NCBI GenBank assembly: GCA_030603385.1
Contig: JAUVXW010000005.1
Location: 32,001 to 96,000, forward strand
Length of the DNA: 64,000 nucleotides
Direction: 5' to 3'
Source: Promethearchaeota archaeon
GTDB taxonomy: Archaea > Asgardarchaeota > Lokiarchaeia > Sigyniarchaeales > SOKP01
Part shown: piece by piece, positions 9,752 to 19,718 of the stretch
Numbering within the stretch: the stretch's first letter is position 1
How the letters are laid out: each line of letters starts with the position of its first letter
Translations under genes and position numbers: made by a program
The notes under the pieces: model-generated
The model's input: only the letters and a program-made list of their open reading frames with translations
What the model was told of the DNA's origin: nothing
Database searches by the model: none

Positions 9752-10270
9752 TTGAGTGATAAAGAAATGAGAGAAGTAAATATTTTTGGTGTACCATGGG
9801 AAGAAATTGTGAATTGGTATTTAGCTCAACCAATATACGGACAAATCCTAGTTTTGGTTGGTTTAGTCGCGCTATTAGCTTTAGCAGTAGTTATCTTATA
9901 TTACGTCATAAAGGGGGTCGCTTATTTAGTATATTATGTTCTTAAGGGAATATATTATCTTTTGAAAGGAATTGGACTGCTTTTTTATAAGATATGTGAA
10001 GGTTTATATTATGCAATTTCAGGAAAGTCAAAGCCTGAACCTGCTTCTGCTCAAGAACAACAAGCACCACCTCAAGTTGAAAAGGAACCAGAGCCAATTA
10101 TTCCTGTTCAAAGAACTTATCAAACAGTACATCCTGAAGTTGCTTTTTGTAGTGAATGTGGTAGTCAATTCTCAGAATCAATGGTTCAAACTTTATCTAG
10201 TAGAGGATTTGTTTATTGTATTCATTGTGGAAATGGTTTTCAAGTAAATTCAATGAAAATTGAATCCTAA
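9752..10270 (+). CDS. Membrane protein with C-terminal zinc ribbon
   Basis: Hydrophobic segment with repeated YYxxKG units, Pro/Gln linker, CSECG...CIHCG. Confidence 0.7.
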   Translation: MSDKEMREVNIFGVPWEEIVNWYLAQPIYGQILVLVGLVALLALAVVILYYVIKGVAYLVYYVLKGIYYLLKGIGLLFYKICEGLYYAISGKSKPEPASAQEQQAPPQVEKEPEPIIPVQRTYQTVHPEVAFCSECGSQFSESMVQTLSSRGFVYCIHCGNGFQVNSMKIES

Positions 10271-10357
10271 TAATTTTTTTATTTTCCTTTTTTTAAAGTT
10301 CAATAATTGATGAATAAACAAAATATAAAAAATTAAATGAAATATTAATTGTAGAAT

Positions 10358-11251
10358 TCAATTTAGAGCTTTTTCAAATAAGATAACTCCAAAACGATCA
10401 TCTTCAGGATACATAAACCCCATCTTTTTAATGAGATCGACTACATCGGGTTTACAAAATACCTCAAAAAGTTTTGGATCTTCAGATTCACTCTCTTTTT
10501 GAATCGTATATTGAATTAACTCGCGTGCTGCTTTAGGTTTTCCATAAGCGATCATCCACAATTCTTGTTCTGATGGAAGCTCATAATCATGAGATCTTCC
10601 AAATTCGGCTTTTTGTAAAATTGCCTCTTTATTGTATATCCAGGAGCCATGTTCATCAGATATATATTTTAATGGAATATAAGACCAGCCCATACAGACT
10701 TCATCTCCCGGACCGATATTAAATTCCTTAATTAGCTCTCTTACATCCTTTGCAGCAAGTTCTTCAACTTTAGGAGCAATTTTCTCAGGTAATTTTATAT
10801 CATTAGAATTTACCATAACAAGATCCATGCATTTTTTACGTTTAAAACCGTAAAATTTAGCCAAAGAAATTGATGCAAAATTGTCTGATGCTGTATCATA
10901 CTGAGCTATTTTAACCCCTATTTTAGTAGCATATTCTACTGCATGACCCAGCTGTAATTTACCAATACCTCGCCCTTGATAAGAGACTTTAATTCTTCCT
11001 CCTTCTAACCAAGCGATATCCTTATTGTATAACTTAACTCTTCCAAATCCTATTAATTCTGTTTTATCTTCATCTATAAAAGTTCCATAATTCATAGAAT
11101 TTTTATCTTGGAGCCATTCTTGGATAACATAAGGAATATAATCATCTCCTTCCCAAATATCTTTACTAATACCCTTTATAGCTGGTATATCTTCATTCTT
11201 TAATTCTCGAAAGTAAACTTTCATACTAATTCTTTCAAAACAACTAATCAA
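10358..11251 (-). CDS. GNAT family N-acetyltransferase
   Basis: Acetyl-CoA motif 'YQGRGIG' and 'NFASISLAKFYGF'; likely start at MKVYFRE. Confidence 0.85.
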   Translation of the reverse strand: MISCFERISMKVYFRELKNEDIPAIKGISKDIWEGDDYIPYVIQEWLQDKNSMNYGTFIDEDKTELIGFGRVKLYNKDIAWLEGGRIKVSYQGRGIGKLQLGHAVEYATKIGVKIAQYDTASDNFASISLAKFYGFKRKKCMDLVMVNSNDIKLPEKIAPKVEELAAKDVRELIKEFNIGPGDEVCMGWSYIPLKYISDEHGSWIYNKEAILQKAEFGRSHDYELPSEQELWMIAYGKPKAARELIQYTIQKESESEDPKLFEVFCKPDVVDLIKKMGFMYPEDDRFGVILFEKALN

Positions 11252-11410
11252 TGCTTATTATTAATTAAAAGAACACTGTAAAATTTATCATTTTTTAAAT
11301 TTCCTTGAGAATCTTATAATTAACCTTATCAAATAAAGGATTTATAAAAAGATTAAAATATGTGAGTGATAGTTTATATCTCACAACTATTTAAATAAAA
11401 GGTTAAGGAT

Positions 11411-12748
11411 ATGAAGAGTAAAATTTGGAAAATAATATTAGTATTCGTAATAATAATTAATCTTGCTCTTTTTGGGGTATTTTCGATTTCAAGAAACGAT
11501 AGCACTTCTTTACCACAAATTTCTAGTATTGGTGTAGATGGGATTATCACTGAAACTGAGTGGTCAAATGCAGATTGGAATATATCCTTTTATCTAGATG
11601 TTAATAATACAGCAGATTGGAATGGTAAAATTAATGTTGATGGAAACAACACTATGTACCTTGGACAAGATGGAAGTAATCTTTATATAGCACTTGATCT
11701 TTGGTGTGATAGATCTGATAACGGAACTGGAGAATGGGTTGGTGTATGGTTAAATACAAACAACAGGACATTCATTGGATATACAGAATGGATGGATTAT
11801 CTAAATGACGGTGTAGAATCTTTAGTTCATAATGTAGAAACAGACCAACCTTGGGATCCTTTTACTGATTATGTTGCTGCTTATGTTCAATATTTGGAAG
11901 ATGATAGTGCTTATACTTCCACATATGGAGAAACTGAAGGGACTTGGGGTAATTTCCAATATCCTTGGCGTGATGACTTCAATATAACTTCCGAATTAGT
12001 TGGATCAGATCACTTATATAGATTAGATTTTTCAATTGATATAGATGACTGGTTTCCTTATTTTGAAGTGTTTGATGTGCTTCAAGGAATGGAAGTTTGG
12101 GTAGCTACTAAATCAAATATTACTATAGATAATCATGACATCATTTTCTGGAATAATGATGGATCAATGCCCCCAATAACAGATAGTAATCAAGTTAAGC
12201 CCTTAAATACAGGAACTTCCTACCAAACGGATATAATTTTTTATGGGATGGGTAATTTAACTGCTGATCACATATTCAAATTTAGTTTATTTGGTAATCA
12301 TACAAATCCATTCATGATTAATTTAGATATACTGAACTTTAGGGTATTCTTGAATGAGAACAATTGGGCAGGACCTGTTGGAGCTCCTCTTTCATCAATC
12401 AAAAATTACCAGATTGAATGGGGCTTTGGACCAAGCCCAGGTAACTCAACCGATCATCGCATGTTTGAAATTTCAATCCCAAAAAGTGAACTTGAACATT
12501 ATAAGTCTAATAAAGAATTGGGTATTGTCGTAGGGGGTTATGGTACAATGGCAATTACTGGAACAAACTGGTGGTGCTTTGCAAAAATAGACTACGCCAT
12601 TCCATATTTGGAAAGTTCTCAATACAATTATTATGAAATGAAAGCCATTCCTTCCAAGGCAATTCCAGGATTCAATACTATCTTAATATTAGCTACTATA
12701 GGATTAATTTCAATAGTTCTTGTCAAAAAAAAGTTAAAAAAAATTTAG
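11411..12748 (+). CDS. Secreted surface glycoprotein (DOMON/CBM9-like) with IPGF-TM-basic C-terminal sorting signal (Loki-CTERM/PGF-CTERM type)
   Basis: Signal peptide; 'VDGIITETEW...NLYIALD' and 'HRMFEISIPKSEL' DOMON-like motifs; ends AIPGFNTILILATIGLISIVLVKKKLKKI. Confidence 0.75.
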   Translation: MKSKIWKIILVFVIIINLALFGVFSISRNDSTSLPQISSIGVDGIITETEWSNADWNISFYLDVNNTADWNGKINVDGNNTMYLGQDGSNLYIALDLWCDRSDNGTGEWVGVWLNTNNRTFIGYTEWMDYLNDGVESLVHNVETDQPWDPFTDYVAAYVQYLEDDSAYTSTYGETEGTWGNFQYPWRDDFNITSELVGSDHLYRLDFSIDIDDWFPYFEVFDVLQGMEVWVATKSNITIDNHDIIFWNNDGSMPPITDSNQVKPLNTGTSYQTDIIFYGMGNLTADHIFKFSLFGNHTNPFMINLDILNFRVFLNENNWAGPVGAPLSSIKNYQIEWGFGPSPGNSTDHRMFEISIPKSELEHYKSNKELGIVVGGYGTMAITGTNWWCFAKIDYAIPYLESSQYNYYEMKAIPSKAIPGFNTILILATIGLISIVLVKKKLKKI

Positions 12749-12760
12749 TTTTAAAATCTC

Positions 12761-12770
12761 TTTTTTTTTT
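12761..12770 (+). terminator. Poly-T terminator
   Basis: T10 run 13 nt after the stop of 11411..12748. Confidence 0.45.
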
Positions 12771-13087
12771 CTATTTTAAGATTGTAATTTGATCAAATTG
12801 GAAATTATAATTTAAATGAAATTTATTTAAATGCCATTTTTGTATTTTATTAGATTATAGAATAAGGTTAGGAAAATTCCATCTTACCTATAAACAATCT
12901 CCTTACATCAACCACATTTTTGGAATTTTTTGCCTTTTCTTTCTTATTTTCTTAGCTTTCTACTTATACAAAATTGTAGATTTATCCATAAAATTAAGGA
13001 TAATTATTATTAAATATCCTAATGTCTTACATTATAATTATCGAATTTTTTAATCTATAGGAAGAGTTTTCATGAAAGTGATCAAAA

Positions 13088-14818
13088 ATGACTCAAGAAA
13101 TTACTGAAAAAAGTCCATATTCAGAAAAATTATGGTTGAAATCATATGATAAACATGTTAAGCCTGAAATCCCGTTAGAAGCGTATTCTCTAGCAGAAAT
13201 GATGAGAAGGACGGTTAAAAAGTATTCAGATAGTCTTTGTTATGACTTTCAAGGCTCACGTGCGACATTTCAAGAAGCAGAAAAGTATATTATTAGTTTT
13301 GCTAACTTCCTTTTTAAAAATGGAGTAAAAAAGGGAGATCGCGTTGTAATAAATTTACCTAATATACCTCAATTTATTATCTCATTATTTGGAACTTTTT
13401 ATGCTGGATGTGCTGCTTCAGGAATGAACTTTCTTCTACAACCAAATGAAATATTTTACCAATTAAAAGATTGTGGAGCAGTAGTAATTATTACTCTTGA
13501 TTCTTTTTATGAAGAAAAGGTTAGAAAAGCTATTACAACGGGAGAAACTGATGTAAAAATTGTTATTACGACGAATGTAACAGATGTCTTAGATATAGAA
13601 CCAAGCATGAAAGAACAATTAATTAAAATTGGGAAAGTTCCTTCAGGGAAAGTTGAACCAATAGAGAATATCAAATTTTCAACTTTTAATGAGATTTTAG
13701 AAAAATACACCGGTGATAAATCTCCAGACGTGAAAATTGAACCTGATGATGTTTTATTACTTCAATATACTGGTGGAACGACAGGTCCTCCTAAAGGTGC
13801 TATTTTAACTCACAGAAATTTAATATCTATTATTCAAATTGTTAATCATTGGTTTGAACCTGCTCTTAATCCAGGAAATGACGTTTATATCTCCGGTTTT
13901 CCCTTCTTTCATTTAGCAGGATTACAATTTTGCTTGCAAACAGTAAGTCAAGGGTGCATGCAAATTCTGGTTCCAGATCCTAGAGATACAAACTATATGG
14001 CAGGGAAAATGAAAGAATATGAAGGGAATATCTCGTTACTCTATAATGTTCCAACGCTTTATATGATGCTTGTTAAGAACCGAAGATTCAAAAAATTAGA
14101 CCTGAATTCAGTTAAAGGCTATATATCCGGAGCTGCACCCTTTCCAACAGAAAATATAAATGAATTTGAAAATGTAGTTGGAAAAGAAAAAGTAGTCGAA
14201 GCTTATGGGATGACTGAAGCATCTCCAGGAGTTACGATGAATCCATATTTAGGAAAGAAGAAAATTGGAACTGTTGGTGTTCCCTTTCCGAATACAGAAG
14301 TGAAATTAGTGGATGTGTCTGATAGAACTCGTGAAGTTCCCTTAGGAGAACCTGGGGAGATAGCAATAAGAGGCCCTCAAATTTTTAAAGGATATTGGAA
14401 TAAACCTCAAGAAACGGAGAATGCTTTAGTAGAGGGATGGTTCTATAGTGGAGATGTTGGGGTGATGGATGAGGATGGCTATATTACTATTGTCGATAGG
14501 ACAAAGGATATGATTATCGTTTCGGGATATAAAGTCTTTAGCGTAGAGGTTGACGATAAAATGAATAATCATCCAGCAATCGAGCTATGTTCATCTGTAG
14601 GGCTTCCAGATCCAGATAGACCCGGTTCTGAAATAGTTAAATTATATATATTATTGAAAGAGGGATTTGAAGCTTCTGAAGAGATAAAAGCAGATATATT
14701 TAAATACGCTCAAGAAAATTTAGCTAAATATAAAGTGCCAAAAATCATCGAAATACTAAAAGAATTACCACTAACTACAATAGGTAAAGTAGATAAAAAA
14801 GTACTAAGAAAAATGTAG
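13088..14818 (+). CDS. fadD: Long-chain fatty acid--CoA ligase (AMP-forming)
   Basis: YTGGTTGPPKG AMP-binding motif, YGMTE, SGDVG, DRTKDMII, GKVDK. Confidence 0.9.
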   Translation: MTQEITEKSPYSEKLWLKSYDKHVKPEIPLEAYSLAEMMRRTVKKYSDSLCYDFQGSRATFQEAEKYIISFANFLFKNGVKKGDRVVINLPNIPQFIISLFGTFYAGCAASGMNFLLQPNEIFYQLKDCGAVVIITLDSFYEEKVRKAITTGETDVKIVITTNVTDVLDIEPSMKEQLIKIGKVPSGKVEPIENIKFSTFNEILEKYTGDKSPDVKIEPDDVLLLQYTGGTTGPPKGAILTHRNLISIIQIVNHWFEPALNPGNDVYISGFPFFHLAGLQFCLQTVSQGCMQILVPDPRDTNYMAGKMKEYEGNISLLYNVPTLYMMLVKNRRFKKLDLNSVKGYISGAAPFPTENINEFENVVGKEKVVEAYGMTEASPGVTMNPYLGKKKIGTVGVPFPNTEVKLVDVSDRTREVPLGEPGEIAIRGPQIFKGYWNKPQETENALVEGWFYSGDVGVMDEDGYITIVDRTKDMIIVSGYKVFSVEVDDKMNNHPAIELCSSVGLPDPDRPGSEIVKLYILLKEGFEASEEIKADIFKYAQENLAKYKVPKIIEILKELPLTTIGKVDKKVLRKM

Positions 14819-14854
14819 CTTAATCTTTATTATATTTTCTTTTTTACATAATTC

Positions 14855-15433
14855 TTAAATCTTTCTGAAGTTCTTTCTATAAAGATTATAATACAGGTAG
14901 AGTGCAATTAAGTAGTGAATTAAAATACAGACAATAAATCCTAACGTGTAGAATAGATAACCAAGATATAACCCTAATAATAATGTGTAGCTAAGATTTA
15001 TTAGCAGAATTGCTTGGCTTTTATAAGAAAACCATGTATGAATATGGTAAAGTGAGAATGCTATACTTGATATTAAAATGCTTAAGATTATCTTTAACTG
15101 TAATGTTGTAGCTAGAAAACTTATTAAGTAATACCTAAAAATTAATTCCTCCATTATCATAGTAACTGGAAAGAAGATCCATAAAACAATTCTATTGTTA
15201 TTTATGAAAGCATTGATAACATCATGCCTTCTCATTATTTCAATATCATAATTATTAAAGCCAAAAAAATTAATAATCTTACCGATGAATAGAAGCAGAG
15301 AAAAGCCCAGAATTAATAATAGAATTGTATATAAATCAGCATCTCTAACTATAAAGTTTTCGGTGTAAACACCAAATAATATTGGAATTATTAAAACAAC
15401 GGATATAATACTAATAACTGTAGACTTTTTCAT
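14855..15433 (-). CDS. CPBP (CAAX prenyl protease type II/Abi) intramembrane protease
   Basis: EELIFR, FSLYH and ILIH motifs within TM helices. Confidence 0.85.
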   Translation of the reverse strand: MKKSTVISIISVVLIIPILFGVYTENFIVRDADLYTILLLILGFSLLLFIGKIINFFGFNNYDIEIMRRHDVINAFINNNRIVLWIFFPVTMIMEELIFRYYLISFLATTLQLKIILSILISSIAFSLYHIHTWFSYKSQAILLINLSYTLLLGLYLGYLFYTLGFIVCILIHYLIALYLYYNLYRKNFRKI

Positions 15434-15463
15434 ATAACTGACATTACAATATTATAAACAAGT

Positions 15464-15748
15464 TTATTCAACAAAATCTTTTTTTGATCCCATCAATGTG
15501 GTTGTTTCTTCAATCCACATCGATAACTCTTTATCAACTCTACAAAAAGTTACTATTTTATCTATATCTTTAAGTTTAGAAAAAGAACACTCAATAATAA
15601 CATCCCATCCTCCGTAAATTGGAGTTACATATGTTATTTTCCAATCTTCATCAGATTCTGTGGATTTTAAGTCTGTAAGTTTTCTAACAACGTCCCATTC
15701 AGTTCCAATTACTCTCAGTCTTATTAAAATATATCCCCTATAATACAT
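15464..15748 (-). CDS. Stand-alone Lrp/AsnC ligand-binding (RAM) domain protein
   Basis: 'YILI...V...L...VTPIYGGWDVII...ETTTL' pattern; no HTH. Confidence 0.6.
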   Translation of the reverse strand: MYYRGYILIRLRVIGTEWDVVRKLTDLKSTESDEDWKITYVTPIYGGWDVIIECSFSKLKDIDKIVTFCRVDKELSMWIEETTTLMGSKKDFVE

Positions 15749-15875
15749 CGCTAACTTCTATCTTTCTAATTTTCAATCCTATAAATTTCTAACGATTCTT
15801 TAAAATTCATTAATTTTAAGTAGTTTATCTATTCTATTATATTATTTTATAATTACTAATTATGGTATTAAAACG

Positions 15876-17402
15876 ATGTTAGATGTATATCAAAAATTAG
15901 AAAAAATTGTGTTAAAACAATTTATTTCTAATGATCTTTATGTACGCCACGCTTATTCCCGAAATGTAGACGTCGCATTACAGGGAGTTCCTGATATTGT
16001 AATACGACCAAGAGATGCAAAGGAAATCTCAGAAATTCTTAAGATTGCCAATACAGAAAATATTGCCGTAATTCCACGAGGTGCTGGAATTTGCGAGTTT
16101 GGAGGAAGCAAGCCCATTGGAGATAACGGGATTGTGCTGGATTTGAAAAGAATGAACAATATCTTAAGTTTGGATGAAGAAAACCTAATTGTTACTGTCG
16201 AAGCAGGGATTTCTTGGGCTAAACTAAATGAGTATCTTTGTCATTATGGCTTATATACTGGATGTATGGGGCCTGGATCTGGAATGTCTGCATCAATTGG
16301 AGGTGGTATCTCCCATCACTCGGTAGGAGGAGGTGGGTGTGCTAAATATGGCGCATGTACAAATCAATTAGTCTCTTTAGAAGTCGTTTTACCTACTGGA
16401 GATATTATTGAAACAGGATCTCAGGCTAATCGCTACTCAAAACAGCCATTTAATAGGTTTGGTAATGGACCTGATTTAGCTGGGCTTTTTTGTGGTGATA
16501 ACGGAATCTTTGGTGTAAAAACAAAAGTATCACTACAGATTTTTCCAAGACCAGAATTTGCTGCTTATAAGACATTTCAACTACCACGGAAGGAACGAGA
16601 AGTTTCAGCTAAAATAATGTCAGAAGTAAGGCGAAAAGGAATCGATGTATATGATTTAATGTATATTATGGATCTACTGGTAAGAGTGGGGACTCAAGAA
16701 GGCTACATGCCAATGTGGGAACATTTGAAGAAAAAAAGAGGTGTTATTTTTTATACTGTTGAAGCTAATTCGGAAGTAGAATTGAATGAGAAAGTTAAGC
16801 AATTAGATGAAATTATGTTGAATAATAAAACCGAATTGTTAGGAGCTGAAATTTCTGATGGAAATATTGCTAAATGGCATTATGTAGAGCAAGGGCATTG
16901 GCAGTTTTATCATAATTTATGGGGGATGTATCCTTCAATGCAAGCTCTAACAGCAGAATGCTTTGCTCCGATCCATAGATATCCTTCAATATTAAATGAT
17001 ATTGACCAATGGGATATGGAACACGCAGAAGATATGCAGAAAATATCAGAGATTACTAAAATTCGCCCAATAGCTGGAAGTGGTCCTATCTTATTAATTG
17101 ATGGAAATAATGTTGAGATTACATGTGGATTTACCAGTTTTTGGGCATTTTATAACGGAAAAGTTCATAAAACTATTGAAGAAACTAATATTAAACTATG
17201 GAAGTCATTACTAGAAAGAGTTACAAAACAAGGAGTCCAATGGTATATGATGGGAGACTTTATGTCCCGTTTAATGGTAGATATTAATGCTTACTCTGAG
17301 GAATATTATAATTTAATGAAACCCATTAAAGAAATTATAGATCCAAAAATGATATTGAGTCGAGGGAAATTCAATTTTTGGGGGGATGGTAAACGTGTCT
17401 AA
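15876..17402 (+). CDS. FAD-binding oxidoreductase, GlcD/D-2-hydroxyacid dehydrogenase-like
   Basis: 'PDIVIRP', 'PRGAG', 'LDLKRMNNI', 'GDNGIFGVKT', 'IDPKMILSRG'. Confidence 0.9.
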   Translation: MLDVYQKLEKIVLKQFISNDLYVRHAYSRNVDVALQGVPDIVIRPRDAKEISEILKIANTENIAVIPRGAGICEFGGSKPIGDNGIVLDLKRMNNILSLDEENLIVTVEAGISWAKLNEYLCHYGLYTGCMGPGSGMSASIGGGISHHSVGGGGCAKYGACTNQLVSLEVVLPTGDIIETGSQANRYSKQPFNRFGNGPDLAGLFCGDNGIFGVKTKVSLQIFPRPEFAAYKTFQLPRKEREVSAKIMSEVRRKGIDVYDLMYIMDLLVRVGTQEGYMPMWEHLKKKRGVIFYTVEANSEVELNEKVKQLDEIMLNNKTELLGAEISDGNIAKWHYVEQGHWQFYHNLWGMYPSMQALTAECFAPIHRYPSILNDIDQWDMEHAEDMQKISEITKIRPIAGSGPILLIDGNNVEITCGFTSFWAFYNGKVHKTIEETNIKLWKSLLERVTKQGVQWYMMGDFMSRLMVDINAYSEEYYNLMKPIKEIIDPKMILSRGKFNFWGDGKRV

Positions 17403-18630
17403 ATTAGAAAATTTGAAAAAGGAATGGAAGGCAATATTTTCCTGCATGAATTGCGGTGATTGCGGATATGCAATTAGATCCGTAGTTGGAAGGTATTTAA
17501 CTTGTCCAGTGAAAGAAGCAAAGGGAGAAGAAGGGTTTGAAATTGACTTCTCTAGGGGACGAATGAATGTTCTTAAAAGTCTTTTAGAAGAAAAGATTCC
17601 TTTAAGTAAAATACTCGCGGATTGGGTATATCAATGCTCAGAATGTGGGAATTGTACTGAAGTCTGCCATATGTCGCATAATGAAAATCTTATTTTGCCA
17701 ACATGCAATTGGATTGACCATGTTAAAGTATGGGATGCCTTAAGAAAAGACTTAGTGAAAGCGGGATTTGCCCCACTTGATAGGCACAGAGATTTGATTA
17801 ATTATATGAACGATGACTCTATGAAAAATCCTTACGGTGAGAATATGGTAAAAAAGTTCGCATGGGCTTCAGAATTTCCAAACATAAAAGAGAAAGGGGA
17901 ATTAGTCTTCTTTGCCGGGTGTACTATGCCTTTAAGACAACAAGAAACATTGAAAAATATGATGAAAATTCTTATTGCTGCAGGAATGGAAATTGCCTTA
18001 TCGAAAGAAGAATGGTGTTGTGGTTCAATTGGGATCCGTATAGGCGAATATGAATCGGTAGAAGAACTCATGAGGCACAATATTGACATATTTAAGAATA
18101 TGGGAGCTAAAACAGTATTTACAGCATGTGCTGGCTGCTATAGAACTTTAAAAAAAGATTATCCTGAAATGCTTGGAGAAAAATTACCATTTGAAGTTAA
18201 ACATATTACAGAGGTTTTAGTTGAACTACTTAATAATGATCAAGTTCCATTTAAACCTGAAGTGGGGGAGAAATTAAGAGTTTCATATCATGATCCTTGC
18301 CATTTAGGACGACACATGGATTTATACGAAATACCGAGAGAAGTGGTTACTAAAATCCCTGGTGTTGAATTAATTGAAATGAAAAGAAATCGGAAACATG
18401 CTTGGTGCTGTGGAGCAGGAGGAGGGGTTAAAAGTCAATTTCCGGATTTGGCAATAGATATATCAAAGGAAAGAATTGGAGAAGCTTTAGAATCTGGAGC
18501 AGAGATATTAACAACTAGTTGTCCTTTTTGTATAGGAAATTTGCAGGATGCATATAATGAAATGGGTCAAGAAGTTAAGGAAAAAATATTATTAGTAGAT
18601 ATTATTGATTTAATCGCTTCTAAAATATAA
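17386..18630 (+). CDS. Fe-S oxidoreductase with two CCG domains (HdrD/GlcF-like)
   Basis: CMNCGDC...CP and CSECGNCTEVC; FAGC...CCG...CAGC; YHDPCHLGR...CCGAGGG...CPFC. Overlaps the upstream gene by 17 nt. Confidence 0.9.
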   Translation: MVNVSKLENLKKEWKAIFSCMNCGDCGYAIRSVVGRYLTCPVKEAKGEEGFEIDFSRGRMNVLKSLLEEKIPLSKILADWVYQCSECGNCTEVCHMSHNENLILPTCNWIDHVKVWDALRKDLVKAGFAPLDRHRDLINYMNDDSMKNPYGENMVKKFAWASEFPNIKEKGELVFFAGCTMPLRQQETLKNMMKILIAAGMEIALSKEEWCCGSIGIRIGEYESVEELMRHNIDIFKNMGAKTVFTACAGCYRTLKKDYPEMLGEKLPFEVKHITEVLVELLNNDQVPFKPEVGEKLRVSYHDPCHLGRHMDLYEIPREVVTKIPGVELIEMKRNRKHAWCCGAGGGVKSQFPDLAIDISKERIGEALESGAEILTTSCPFCIGNLQDAYNEMGQEVKEKILLVDIIDLIASKI

Positions 18631-18772
18631 ATTAATATAATAATTATCTGAAAATAAGGCTTTTTCCTTTTTATATAATCAAATTTAAATATTTTTTCTT
18701 TTATTTGATATTAAAAAAACTCCTTATATTTATTTGAGAAAATAAATTTTACGATTAGTTTGAGGTTATAAA

Positions 18773-19681
18773 ATGGCTACTATGAAGGTGTGTTTTATTG
18801 GAAAGCCCTCGATGGGGAAATCTACCATTAAAAAGGTTATCTTTGAAGGAGAGGATCCGAGTGAATTAGTTCTTAGCCCTCTTGAAGCAACAATTGGAAT
18901 TAAGTATTCTATACATGAATTTATGGATTCAAAAGTTAGTTTAATTGACGCTCCTGGTCAATCACTACCGATCATATTAGAGGATGAACAAAAACAGATA
19001 CTAACGTTTGGCGACACAAGCGCAATCATATATATATTCGATTATCCAACATGGATATCGGATTCTCAAGACATCATTGACGATGTTAGAAAAATCTATG
19101 AAATCAATAAAAAACATGATTTTGGCGCGAAAATTATATTATTTCTACATAAAATTGATCTTATAATTAAGAAAAAGATCGGTACTCTACTCTCCTTTAT
19201 AAGGCGGCAGATAATCAAACAATTAAATCTTCCAGAAGAAATTCCGGTTTATTTTACCAGTTTACATCCAAACTTAATATATACTACTTACAATGCAATT
19301 TCGAATACAATTAGTGATTTCTCTGAAAACACCTCATCTTTAAAGGAAAGTATCAAGAATCTTTTAAAAAATTCATCAAAAACAAGCTGTTTTGTAACTA
19401 ATCGAGACGATTACCTTGTAATTCAAGAAATATCAAATGATTTTGATGCTAACATTTTGTATTATTTATATGAGGAAGTTTATAATATTAGCAAGTCTCC
19501 TGAAATAATTTCAACAAAAAGCAATGTAGTAAGCTTGGGTCCGAAATTGTTTAATAGGGTAATAGGTAGTATAATTAACCATAATTCTAATTTTAAAAAT
19601 ATTGTACTATTTTCTGAAACTTTAGAGAAAGAGGATATGATAAAGATATTAGATGAATTAAAGAAGGATTTAAATCAATAA
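18773..19681 (+). CDS. Rag/Gtr1-like small GTPase with C-terminal roadblock-like extension
   Basis: G1 GKPSMGKSTIKKVIF, G2 EATIG, G3 DAPGQ, G4 with Rag-typical His (LHKID), G5 FTSL; about 120-aa C-terminal domain. Confidence 0.8.
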   Translation: MATMKVCFIGKPSMGKSTIKKVIFEGEDPSELVLSPLEATIGIKYSIHEFMDSKVSLIDAPGQSLPIILEDEQKQILTFGDTSAIIYIFDYPTWISDSQDIIDDVRKIYEINKKHDFGAKIILFLHKIDLIIKKKIGTLLSFIRRQIIKQLNLPEEIPVYFTSLHPNLIYTTYNAISNTISDFSENTSSLKESIKNLLKNSSKTSCFVTNRDDYLVIQEISNDFDANILYYLYEEVYNISKSPEIISTKSNVVSLGPKLFNRVIGSIINHNSNFKNIVLFSETLEKEDMIKILDELKKDLNQ

Positions 19682-19718
19682 TTTTAAACGTACATAATAG
19701 AATAACAAGATTCATAAC

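Noticed and set aside
12840-13030. Intergenic region with partial hairpins, an AGGATA...TATCCT inverted repeat and broken minus-strand reading frames
   Set aside because: No convincing RNA fold, SECIS element or intact ORF; short inverted repeats are expected by chance in AT-rich DNA.
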